The translations under genes and the position numbers were made by a program. From NCBI GenBank assembly GCA_963796275.1, contig CAWCKY010000001.1:352001-416000 (forward strand): 64,000 bases of DNA, in the 5' to 3' direction. Position 1 is the first letter of the stretch, and every line of letters begins with the position of its first letter. Shown piece after piece: positions 1 to 9,092 of this stretch. Below the pieces are notes generated by a model. It was not told where the DNA came from, ran no database searches, and saw only the letters and a list, made by a program, of their open reading frames with translations. Source of the stretch: an uncultured Acidobacteriota bacterium (GTDB taxonomy: Bacteria; Acidobacteriota; Blastocatellia; RBC074).

Positions 1-1354
1 GATCGCCCGCAGCGCTCCGCGTCAGGTCCTGAATTTACGAGAAGAGAGCGAAGAAACGGAAGAAATGATTGCCGCCGCTGAGAGCGATGAGCCCGCGGTT
101 CAGAGCGATCAAAGCCCGCGCCCGCCATTTCATGGGATGACACAACTTGTCGCGGTCGGATCGGCCTATCGCGGCGGCGATCCGGGTTCCAACTTTTTCG
201 GCACCAATTTCGCATTTTCCGGGCCCATCACTGAAAGTCTGGAGATGGCTCTGATCGGCCAGAAGGGCATGGGGCAATCCGCGCCCAACCGGCTTTCCGC
301 CATCGCGTCAATGAGGACGAGCGACAGGCACCAGTTAACCGCATCGATCGGCTATGGCCAGATGACAAACGAACTGGCGAATACGATCGTCGACAATTCG
401 CTCGAGCAGTTTTCGGTCTCGGCCATCGGATCCTGGCAGGTCTTCCGTCCGCTTATATTGATCTATGGCTTTGATTATTCGAGTTTCATCGGTTCGGCAA
501 CCAGCCAGAGCGAGAGCGTGCTACCGCGTTTTGCCGTGCAATATGCACCATCATCGCGCATGCATTTCAATGCGGGAGTCACTCCTGGATCAGGCCAGTA
601 TCCGTCATCACCCGATAGCTACAATACCGAAAACATCCAGGCCTCGTTTGAGGATGCGTCCCCGGAGATCGCTTACAATGAAGCACCCATTGCCGATCGC
701 AGCCAGCGATTTGAAGCGGGCATAGAACGAATATTCGGCGACGGAGATACGGCGCTAGAGGCCTCGGCATTTTACGATTTGATCTCAGGCCACGGCGTCG
801 GCATCCTCGCCCTGCCTCTCGAAGCATCGCCGGAAACTCAGATCACCTTGCAACAGGTGGCACATCGCGTCACAGCTATGAATGGAGCCGCGCGCGGCAT
901 ACGCATCATCTTGAGGCGAAATCTGGATGAGCGGGTGACAGCTTCGGTCGGCTACAGTTATGGGCGCGGCACGCACTTCAACAGTTTGATGACAGACCCA
1001 ACGACGCCCGCGGACATTTTCAAGGGAGGATTCTTCCAGGTCGCTACGGCCAAACTGGATATAGATCTTAAACAGGAGACCGGCACCAACATTTCGACAG
1101 TGCTCAGGCTTTCGCCATCTGCCGTAGTCTTCGCCATCGATCCATTTGCCGGACGGATGAGCGTTTATGATCCGAACATCAACGTCTATGTAACCCAGGA
1201 ACTCCCTAGCTTCGGCCTTCCGGTTCGTTGGCAGGCGCTGGTCGATCTCCGCAATCTGCTCGACCGCGCTACCGGCGTTGAAGAGGGGAACGTGAATATC
1301 GTTGCATCTCGCGCCCGGCGTACGGTTCGTGGCGGACTGGCGTTCAGGTGGTGA
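1..1354 (+). CDS. Outer-membrane beta-barrel / TonB-dependent-receptor-like protein, 5'-truncated by the window edge
   Basis: The frame of ORF 65..1354 stays open back to base 2. Alternating amphipathic beta-strand pattern; C-terminus GGLAFRW ends in an aromatic residue, typical of a BAM beta-signal. Confidence 0.55.
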   Translation, partial: IARSAPRQVLNLREESEETEEMIAAAESDEPAVQSDQSPRPPFHGMTQLVAVGSAYRGGDPGSNFFGTNFAFSGPITESLEMALIGQKGMGQSAPNRLSAIASMRTSDRHQLTASIGYGQMTNELANTIVDNSLEQFSVSAIGSWQVFRPLILIYGFDYSSFIGSATSQSESVLPRFAVQYAPSSRMHFNAGVTPGSGQYPSSPDSYNTENIQASFEDASPEIAYNEAPIADRSQRFEAGIERIFGDGDTALEASAFYDLISGHGVGILALPLEASPETQITLQQVAHRVTAMNGAARGIRIILRRNLDERVTASVGYSYGRGTHFNSLMTDPTTPADIFKGGFFQVATAKLDIDLKQETGTNISTVLRLSPSAVVFAIDPFAGRMSVYDPNINVYVTQELPSFGLPVRWQALVDLRNLLDRATGVEEGNVNIVASRARRTVRGGLAFRW

Positions 1355-1640
1355 GCTGGCAGTGACGGTTATAAATTGGTTAGACTTGATATCCAAAATT
1401 CGGAATCGAAAATTCAAATTTCTGAACACATCCTCCCAAACATTCTGATGTACTAGTCTGGTAAGTTCCCCCAGACATCGGAAATCATTGAAACTGATAG
1501 CGTTAATATATATCCGGTGAGTGAATAGACTTGTTCTATTCGGTTGGAATAACAGTTGCACTCATCTTCAAGAGAATACCGAGTCTTTTGGGCAGTTTCT
1601 TATCCGGGCCTGAACACATACGGGAGAATAAAATTCGATC

Positions 1641-4616
1641 GTGAACCCACGAGCAGGCACAACTAAGGTCACAACGCGTACGATGCTGATGCTATTCGTC
1701 GCGTTCCTCGCGCTGGGGGCCGGCGCGTTCAATTTTCGTGACCGAATGATTCAAAAGACTGTTTACACCGATGGTGTTACATGGCGGGAAGATGCGGATT
1801 TTGGCGTGGTGGCCGATAAGGTCGAACCCGGAAGTCCCGCATCCCGGGCGGACGTCAGACGGGGAGATACGCTGATCGCAATCAGTCCCACCGGTTCGGA
1901 GAATGATTTTGAAGTAATTTCCCAGGCACAGGAAGTTCAGATATACCTGGATCCGGTGCGAGAACAGGTTCAACGGGGCGATACGCCGACGCTCAGCTAC
2001 CTGATAGAGCGCCGGAATGATGCAGGTGATACGGTGATCAGCCAGGGGATAGCCGATCTGGATGGGCTGCATGCGCGCGAGCCTCACCTTATGCGTGAGC
2101 TCTATCTGGCGATAATCGGGCTCATCTATCTCGGTCTGGGCATCTACTTCTTGTTGAGGCAAGATCGCGCTCCCTATATCAGGCATTTCTTCATCATCTG
2201 CCTGTTGGCATTCATCTGCCACTTCTACTCTCCGACCGAGGAGATGCGCACCCAATTCGACAAGGGAGTAGACTTCACCGACTTCGTTGCTCTGATCCTG
2301 CTTGCGCCGTTATTCATCCATTTCGCTGCGATCTATCCGGCGCGTTATCACCTCTTCACGCGCCGCCGCTGGTTGGCCGCCCTGCTCTACATGCCGGCGA
2401 TACTGCTGATCGGCGCCGAGATCTGGCTGCGCATCGCGCGGCTGCGTGAATTGGTTCCCATCTCTGCGGTCAATCTGAGAAACCTGCTCACGCAAGTCGA
2501 GTACATCGCCTTCGCAACCTCGATCATCGTCAGCGCAATACTGCTTCTTAGCACATTCATCCGGACGCGGTCGACAGTAGTGCGGCAGCAGTTGAAGTGG
2601 GTAATCTGGGGGATGGGAGTTGCCGGAGTCGCATTCGGCATCTTCTATGTGCCCTCGCTCTTCACCGTCTCCTCGTTGGTCGCCAGGCAAATGCTCGCCC
2701 CGGAGATACTGGTGTTGATAGCGATTGCGCCCCTGGTGCTGATCCCGCTGACCCTGGGATACTCGATTGTGCGCTACCGGCTGACGGATGTGGACGTAGT
2801 GATGAGACGATCATTCACATACATCTTTGCCACATTGTCGGTAGCGACTACCTTCGGCTCGGTGATGGCCGTCAGTTACGAGTTCCTCGGATCCATGCTT
2901 TCACAGGAAGCGACGATGCTGATCGCCGCGACCATCATGACGTTCATCGCTATGCTCTTCGCGCCGGTAAAGAACTGGATCCAGGAGCGGATCGACCGGA
3001 TATTCTATGGCGAAAAATATGATATTCGCGTAACGATGCAGGATTTCGGCCGAACACTATCATCGGCGACCGAACTGGAACCGCTGCTCGAGAGCCTCAT
3101 CAGACGATTGAAGGCGGTCTTCTCGGTGGAACAGCTCGCGATATTTATCGAAGACCGGAATGACCCTTCGGGGTTCAGGCTTGCGCGCGCCGAAGGGATT
3201 GCCCACGAGATCGCGCTTCCAGCTGATTTCCGGCAATTACTGCGCGAAAAGAGCAGCACTACAGGGATCGTCCGCGTAGCCAATCTCGATTCACCCGACG
3301 ATGAAAGTTTGTTTTTCCAATCAACGCCGGACCATATCTTCAGCTATTACGTGCCTTGCGCGGTTCGTTCGCGCATCGCGGCGGTGATAGCGCTCGGACG
3401 AACGGTTGATGGCACTCTGCTTTCTTCGGAAGACACGGACCAGCTGCGAGCGATCTCCGGTTATGTCGCGGTCGCCATCGAAAATGCGCTCTTGCTCGAA
3501 GATCAAGCTCAGCGCGCGGAAGAGATGGCGCGGCTGAAAGAGTTTAACGAAAACATAATCGAATCGATCAACGTCGGCGTCCTGGTGATCAACCTGCAGG
3601 GCCGTATCACGAACTGGAACAGCGCGCTCGAAGCAATTTATGGGCTTAAACGGGTAGAAGCGATAGGCCGGCGTATCACACAGGTCTTCCAACCCGAAAT
3701 GTTGAAGGCCTTACGCGCCTTGATGCAGCGGGCGGAATGGCAGAAGGGTGAGCCGGTAAACGTTTACAAATTCCGCGTGTCATCGGTCGATGGCCGCGAT
3801 CTGACGCTGAACGTATCTCTCGCCGCCTTGCAGAGCAAGACGGAAGAGGTTGAAGGAACGCTGGTCGCCATCGAAGACGTGACCGAGCGGATGAAACTCG
3901 AGGAACAGGTTCAACAATCCGACAAGCTTTCCTCGATCGGTCTTCTGGCAGCCGGAGTGGCGCACGAAGTCAACACTCCGCTGACCGGAATTTCATCCTA
4001 TTCGCAGATGCTGATGCAGCAGGTTCCCGAAACTGATCCGCGCCATCAATTGCTCGAAAAAATCTATCGCCAGACTTCGCGAGCTTCATCGATAGTCAAT
4101 AACCTGCTCAACTTTTCGCGCGTTAGCGACGCGCGGTTCGTAATGATCGATCTGAACCGCGTGCTCGACGATACGATACAGCTTCTCGAATCACAGCTCC
4201 GCAATACTCAGATCGAGGTAGTGCGCAGCTATGACGCTGAACTGCCCCTCGCCCCGGGCAATGCGCCCAAGCTGCAACAGGTCTTTATGAACCTGATCCT
4301 CAATGCGCGCGATGCTATGCCGGAGGGAGGCCGTCTTGAAATATCGACCGAGGCGAATGCGGATTCAGTCTTAATCAGGTTCCGCGACTCGGGTATGGGC
4401 ATCGATCCGGAGCACCTCTCGAAAATTTACGACCCATTCTTCACGACCAAGCAGATCGGTAAAGGCACGGGGCTCGGACTCGCGGTGAGCTACGGAATCA
4501 TCAAAGATCACAGCGGCCATATTGACGTTGAGAGTAAGCTGGGTGAAGGGGCGCTCTTTATTATCACGCTTCCACAGGCTACGGCGAGACAACAACTAGC
4601 TACCGCGAGCGATTAA
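1641..4616 (+). CDS. Membrane sensor histidine kinase (periplasmic PDZ, multi-TM, GAF, PAS, HisKA, HATPase)
   Basis: PDZ-like [16 protein letters not shown]; many TM segments; H-box [12 protein letters not shown]; N-box [13 protein letters not shown]; G-boxes DSGMGI and [17 protein letters not shown]. Confidence 0.9.
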   Translation: MNPRAGTTKVTTRTMLMLFVAFLALGAGAFNFRDRMIQKTVYTDGVTWREDADFGVVADKVEPGSPASRADVRRGDTLIAISPTGSENDFEVISQAQEVQIYLDPVREQVQRGDTPTLSYLIERRNDAGDTVISQGIADLDGLHAREPHLMRELYLAIIGLIYLGLGIYFLLRQDRAPYIRHFFIICLLAFICHFYSPTEEMRTQFDKGVDFTDFVALILLAPLFIHFAAIYPARYHLFTRRRWLAALLYMPAILLIGAEIWLRIARLRELVPISAVNLRNLLTQVEYIAFATSIIVSAILLLSTFIRTRSTVVRQQLKWVIWGMGVAGVAFGIFYVPSLFTVSSLVARQMLAPEILVLIAIAPLVLIPLTLGYSIVRYRLTDVDVVMRRSFTYIFATLSVATTFGSVMAVSYEFLGSMLSQEATMLIAATIMTFIAMLFAPVKNWIQERIDRIFYGEKYDIRVTMQDFGRTLSSATELEPLLESLIRRLKAVFSVEQLAIFIEDRNDPSGFRLARAEGIAHEIALPADFRQLLREKSSTTGIVRVANLDSPDDESLFFQSTPDHIFSYYVPCAVRSRIAAVIALGRTVDGTLLSSEDTDQLRAISGYVAVAIENALLLEDQAQRAEEMARLKEFNENIIESINVGVLVINLQGRITNWNSALEAIYGLKRVEAIGRRITQVFQPEMLKALRALMQRAEWQKGEPVNVYKFRVSSVDGRDLTLNVSLAALQSKTEEVEGTLVAIEDVTERMKLEEQVQQSDKLSSIGLLAAGVAHEVNTPLTGISSYSQMLMQQVPETDPRHQLLEKIYRQTSRASSIVNNLLNFSRVSDARFVMIDLNRVLDDTIQLLESQLRNTQIEVVRSYDAELPLAPGNAPKLQQVFMNLILNARDAMPEGGRLEISTEANADSVLIRFRDSGMGIDPEHLSKIYDPFFTTKQIGKGTGLGLAVSYGIIKDHSGHIDVESKLGEGALFIITLPQATARQQLATASD

Positions 4617-4617
4617 T

Positions 4618-5157
4618 TCATTTGGTATTTCCACCAGGCAATCCCATCAAAAACTCTTTAATTCCTTTTAGCTGCTTCTCACTAACCCGGCCGTCAAGTT
4701 TTCCGATCTGAACCTCTAGATATGGCGCCTTTGCAAGTTTTTCAAGGTCGGCGATTCTGATCTCGTAGATCAGCGTCTCCTCAAGGAACTTCTTTCCTAT
4801 CACACTGGTATATGCTGGATTTGGTGAGAGATTGAACCGCCCGCTTTCGATTAATAAAACTCCCTGGCGATTTTCCTCTTCCAGAAACCTCCAACGATGT
4901 GATTGGGCTCGAATTATCAAATTGGCTGTCTCCGGCCGTTGGCCCGCACGCCCACCCAGAGCGGAGCATTCGACTTTTAATTCTAAAACTTTCGTGACGT
5001 AATCACGTTTCAACTTGATCTCTATCGGGGTTGTTGTGGCTATCGTCTGGTTATTTAGTTTATTAGAGCTTAATGGTGAACCATTACCATCCAAGAAAGA
5101 GGTAATATAAAGCATCAAGATCATCAATCTCATGAGTCTGATCCTTTCTACAGGCAA
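4618..5157 (-). CDS. Hypothetical protein, possibly exported; start uncertain
   Basis: 179-aa ORF with a hydrophobic N-terminal stretch, in visibly AT-richer DNA; no family recognised. Confidence 0.5.
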   Translation of the reverse strand: MPVERIRLMRLMILMLYITSFLDGNGSPLSSNKLNNQTIATTTPIEIKLKRDYVTKVLELKVECSALGGRAGQRPETANLIIRAQSHRWRFLEEENRQGVLLIESGRFNLSPNPAYTSVIGKKFLEETLIYEIRIADLEKLAKAPYLEVQIGKLDGRVSEKQLKGIKEFLMGLPGGNTK

Positions 5158-5955
5158 TTAGTAAAAAGCATCCAAAGCCACATGGGGGTTATCATCAAAT
5201 TGTGAGGTTTGGAATCAACCAAGAAACGCACCGACAAAATTATATATAAGCAAGCAATTAGATATATCAAGCAATCAATTAGGAGGGTGCGTTCGGTTTA
5301 ATCGATTTGTTCAGACGTGAAAAATAGTACTCTCATTTGCATCATCAAGCAAGGAACCGAAAGGCGGTGCAACTGATGGCATGAGGCCGAAATCAATGAT
5401 TAAAGATAGTATTTTACGTTAGAATAGTAATGACGGCAGATTCTCATGGCTCCTGACTACAACTGCTGATTCGAAATTAAATTCTGGCGGGAGAGGGCTG
5501 AGGGAGATTACTTTGGAAGATGCTCTCGTAATCAGACGCTATGGAGTATGTATTGAAATCCCTACCGCCAGAATCTAAACCCCTGTTTTACAACAAGCCA
5601 AGGAAGCTACCAGTAAGCATCAGAACAGCCGCCTCGGGCAGGTGATTGGGAGCTTGACAAACCGGAGGCATCCAGCCACCCCTAGCTCATCTACATCCGG
5701 ATAGTCAATCTTCATCGCCCGCCCTCGGCTAACTGTTTGGCTGACTGACGCAACCTATTCGATTTTTGACCGTCCGTTAAAGACGATAGCCAAAATCGAA
5801 AGTCATTAGCATGATTGCTTCTCGGTTATATAAGACGTGGAAAAATGCTTCTGGTACCACTCCCCTGAAAATATTTTTACAGCTCGATACCTAGGGGTTT
5901 TGAAAAATGGCCTGCTGTTCTAAATTTTGATGAGAGGCAGGTGAAGCTTTTGTGA

Positions 5956-6810
5956 TTATTGGCTTTTATGCCGGCGAGTGGTGACTGGATGCAGCATATG
6001 CTGAACTGCTGGCAGAGGGCTCTGCTGAAACTCATTTGGGGTGCCGAAAAAAGCGATCTTCCCTTCTTCCAGCAACAATACTTTCATATCCTGCAAATTT
6101 TGATGTCCGTCTACGCTGACCATTATTGCTTTACCGTCAGCATCCTGCTGTGCCTGACGTGAAGCGAGATAGGGGATTTCGTGCATCCCTTTGGTCACAT
6201 AAATAGAGGAGATTCCATGCAGATCGCGCGCGCGAATTATCAGGTCGAGGACCTGCCGCGCATTTATCGGATCGAGACCTGAGGTGGGTTCATCGAAGAG
6301 CATGATCGGCGGCCATCCAATCAGAGCACGCGCGAATTCCAGGCGCCGTTTCATCCCTCCTGAAAGCGCTTCCGCCTGCTTATCGAGTTCATTTTGCAAT
6401 CCGACGAAGGTGAGGACCTCCACTACCGCGCGCTCCGTCTCATCCTCCGGCCATTTACGATCTGTCAGACGATAAGCTGCATTTTCGTATACCGATTGTC
6501 CAGTGAAGAGCGCATTCTCCTGAAAAACCATTCCCATCGTTTCGCGCCGCATAGAAAGGAGCTGGGTTTCATCAAGATCGTTGATCTTCAGGCCATTGAT
6601 CCTTATCTCACCTTCATCCGGCTGCAGAAAACCAATCGCGAGACGTAGAACCGTCGATTTTCCCGATTGCGAATCGCCGGTGATACATATGATGCCCCCC
6701 TGATAAAGGGCGAAACTTACATCCTGCAGCACAGGGCGATTGTCGAAACTTATTGAAACGTTACGAAACTCGATAGCAGGTGTCATCTCATTGTCATAAG
6801 CTGAAGTCAT
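5956..6810 (-). CDS. ABC transporter ATP-binding protein, MlaF/Ttg2A-like
   Basis: Walker A GDSQSGKST, Q-loop MVFQENALF, signature LSGGMKRR, Walker B MLFDEPTSGLDP. Start placed at MTSAY (6810; 6786 also possible) because the ATG at 6870 lies inside a terminator hairpin. Confidence 0.85.
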   Translation of the reverse strand: MTSAYDNEMTPAIEFRNVSISFDNRPVLQDVSFALYQGGIICITGDSQSGKSTVLRLAIGFLQPDEGEIRINGLKINDLDETQLLSMRRETMGMVFQENALFTGQSVYENAAYRLTDRKWPEDETERAVVEVLTFVGLQNELDKQAEALSGGMKRRLEFARALIGWPPIMLFDEPTSGLDPINARQVLDLIIRARDLHGISSIYVTKGMHEIPYLASRQAQQDADGKAIMVSVDGHQNLQDMKVLLLEEGKIAFFGTPNEFQQSPLPAVQHMLHPVTTRRHKSQ

Positions 6811-6837
6811 TTGATCCTGCGCTAAATCCTGCCGCCT

Positions 6838-6880
6838 GAAACAGAGAAGCCTCGATAAGCGCAAACTCATCGAGGCTTCT
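6838..6880 (-). terminator. Intrinsic terminator-like hairpin
   Basis: Perfect 12-bp inverted repeat AGAAGCCTCGAT (6845-6856) / ATCGAGGCTTCT (6869-6880), followed on the minus strand by CTGTTT. Confidence 0.65.
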
Positions 6881-6950
6881 TCGGTTAGCTGTTGGAATTG
6901 GCTTTCAGGGCAAACCCTGCGCGAATTACTTCAGCTTGCAGGGCTGACCT

Positions 6951-6986
6951 TCAGCGCTCAGCCACCTCACTGTGTTCTAATATCAT
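6951..6986 (-). CDS. Candidate 11-aa micro-ORF MILEHSEVAER in a small stand-alone transcript
   Basis: ATG at 6986 preceded by AGAAAGGAGGTGGTC (7009-6995); TGA at 6953-6951; own promoter upstream and terminator downstream. Confidence 0.45.
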   Translation of the reverse strand: MILEHSEVAER

Positions 6987-7023
6987 ATTCTCTAGACCAC
7001 CTCCTTTCTCAGTGTTACGTTGC

Positions 7024-7052
7024 ATCGTACAATTCAATACTGGATGCGTCAA
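7024..7052 (-). promoter_or_regulatory. Sigma70-type promoter for the small transcript downstream of rpsT
   Basis: TTGACG (7052-7047), 17-nt spacer, TACGAT (7029-7024). Confidence 0.6.
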
Positions 7053-7095
7053 GTAAGCACGCAGAATTTCATAGGAGAAGGATTAGAAAGGAATA

Positions 7096-7365
7096 TTACT
7101 TTGCGCTTAATTCGTTGATATGCAAGGTTAGACGCGATTTATGACGAGCGGCCGCATTCTGATGCAGAACGCCATCTTGGACTGCCTTGTCGAGCAGAGA
7201 AATGGTCTTGGGCAGCAATGCATTCGCTTTCTGAGCATCACCCGCATCGATCATGGTACGCAATCTTTTGATCTGAGTACGGAGACGGGTGCGATTAGCG
7301 GTATTGATAGCATTACGACGTGTGTTCTGGCGATCTCTCTTCTCGGCGGACTTATGTTTTGGCAT
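7096..7365 (-). CDS. rpsT: 30S ribosomal protein S20
   Basis: MPKHKSAEKRDRQNTRRNAINTANRTRLRTQIK...LDKAVQDGVLHQNAAARHKSRL is the S20 pattern; start at ATG 7365. Confidence 0.95.
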   Translation of the reverse strand: MPKHKSAEKRDRQNTRRNAINTANRTRLRTQIKRLRTMIDAGDAQKANALLPKTISLLDKAVQDGVLHQNAAARHKSRLTLHINELSAK

Positions 7366-7425
7366 AAAATGTAAATTCTCCTGAACTTCTACCAGATAAG
7401 AACCCTTTGCATTCGCAAAACACAA

Positions 7426-7455
7426 AGTATATTGATTTAAGCCGGGATGTGTCAA
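7426..7455 (-). promoter_or_regulatory. Sigma70 promoter of rpsT
   Basis: TTGACA (7455-7450), 18-nt spacer, TATACT (7431-7426). Confidence 0.7.
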
Positions 7456-7501
7456 GACTTGAAATGGCTTTGTATCGCTGGCGCGTTTTTCTCTACAGGT
7501 C

Positions 7502-8014
7502 TCAAACCCACTTTCCGGCGTATCGAGTCTGATACGGGGCGACCTCTGAATTCAGGTATTCCCAATGCAACCGGGTTAACTGTTTTATGTGAAGAAGGTC
7601 ATGCGCTACCCAGGATACCAATAAATCTCCTGCGCTGATCACTCCCTTCGGGTGAACAAATCTGTTCCCAAACTGGGGACTCTTAAGCGACGATAGCCAT
7701 TCGATTGAGATGCGACGCTCTTGTAGGAAATTCTCGAGCGACTGTCCCAGCTCTCTTTGATTGTATTCACGGTCTACTGCCCACTTCGGCGGATCTATCG
7801 GCGTCCAACGCTCATCCGGCTTGTGTAGTAAACTATCCAGCCGGGCGCGAAAGTCATCTCTCTCTTCATCATAAAGGTGATTGATCACTTCCAGAATGGA
7901 CCATTTTTCAGGCTGCGGCTTCCACCTCGCTTGCTCTGCCGATACCTTGTGCGCGAGACCATCAATGACATTTATAGTGACTGACAATCGCTCGATGCAA
8001 TAATTCAAGTTCAT
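7502..8014 (-). CDS. DinB family protein
   Basis: KWSILEVINHLYDEE and WVAHDLLHIKQL give the three-His DinB/YfiT metal-binding pattern. Confidence 0.85.
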   Translation of the reverse strand: MNLNYCIERLSVTINVIDGLAHKVSAEQARWKPQPEKWSILEVINHLYDEERDDFRARLDSLLHKPDERWTPIDPPKWAVDREYNQRELGQSLENFLQERRISIEWLSSLKSPQFGNRFVHPKGVISAGDLLVSWVAHDLLHIKQLTRLHWEYLNSEVAPYQTRYAGKWV

Positions 8015-8033
8015 AGTCGATCAAAAATCCACT

Positions 8034-8768
8034 TCAAGTTTGTACAGTGAAAAGATCCTCTTCCTTGTGCCATTCGTGCTCAACATCACGCATTATCAGC
8101 GTGTGATCATAGACTACTGAGCCCGGAGGAAAATGCCGTTGATCGGAATAAAAACTCGAATAGACATACTCCAATTCAAGGCCGCTTACATGCCATTCCA
8201 GCGTCTTAAGTTTCAGACCATCCAGGCGCGCTTCTTCTTGGGTTATTGAGTAGCCAACGCTTCCATCCTGAAAGAAGTCAGAGGCATCGGATAAGGACGA
8301 AAAGCAGGATGATGACGGCAACCCGCACTTCTGAGTACCGGCCAACCGCACCGAGACCGATTTATCTTGAGACTCCATCGAAAAGTTTATTCGATTTCCA
8401 TCGTCCTGCACGTCGAATCGCGCCGAGTGATGCTCACCGGGAAAGACGCGCCCACCGGCCAGGTGATTGATCAACGAACCAGTATCGCGCCGCGGAATGT
8501 ATACCCCCTGCCGATATCGCCCGCTGCCATCAGTCCTTTCCACCGCAATTCTATGTGCGGCATTTTCGCTCGATACCCCAATAAAGCCCGGCAAGCCAAC
8601 CGGCCGAATATTCTCGAGTCTTATGAGACAGACACCAACGATCGAGTTATCTCGGTGTAGTTTAGGGCGAAACGGACGAGGGATGACCCTCTGTATAATT
8701 TCAGGATCGGCTTTAAAGTTGACCAGCAGTCTGCGTTTAATCGTGCCTTTGAGGGTCGGTAGTTTCAT
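8034..8768 (-). CDS. DUF2071 (YqjF-like) family protein
   Basis: RRLLVNFKADP, VGVCLIRLE, SENAAHRIAV and GGRVFPGEHH resemble DUF2071 members. Confidence 0.65.
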   Translation of the reverse strand: MKLPTLKGTIKRRLLVNFKADPEIIQRVIPRPFRPKLHRDNSIVGVCLIRLENIRPVGLPGFIGVSSENAAHRIAVERTDGSGRYRQGVYIPRRDTGSLINHLAGGRVFPGEHHSARFDVQDDGNRINFSMESQDKSVSVRLAGTQKCGLPSSSCFSSLSDASDFFQDGSVGYSITQEEARLDGLKLKTLEWHVSGLELEYVYSSFYSDQRHFPPGSVVYDHTLIMRDVEHEWHKEEDLFTVQT

Positions 8769-9092
8769 AGTGTTATATCTGTCGGCAGACAACCCATTTC
8801 TTTATTTCCGAATTTTTCAACGATCGGATGTAACGGCTTGGTTACAAGCCGAGTATAAACGGATACAGGTTTATCTGCGAGAAAAAATTAGATCGCATTA
8901 AAGAGATGCAACCGCGATTTGATTCGTGAATAAATTTGATGAGGAATGACAAGTTTGAAACGCTCGAGCTAAGATCAGAATCGCATAGACAGGCCAAAGC
9001 GGCTAACGCGACATCGTGATCAGGTATGCGAGATTCCAATCGCTTAAAGACCGCCCTGAAGCAAGACTGAAGTCAGGCCGGCGTTTTTAACT

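Noticed and set aside
6995-7009. GACCACCTCCTTTCT as an rRNA gene fragment
   Set aside because: Similarity to the 16S 3' end is limited to 15 nt with non-rRNA flanks; it is better explained as an extended SD on the minus strand.
8842-9039. 65-aa ORF upstream of mfd
   Set aside because: It has no RBS or recognisable motif and lies in the divergent promoter region.
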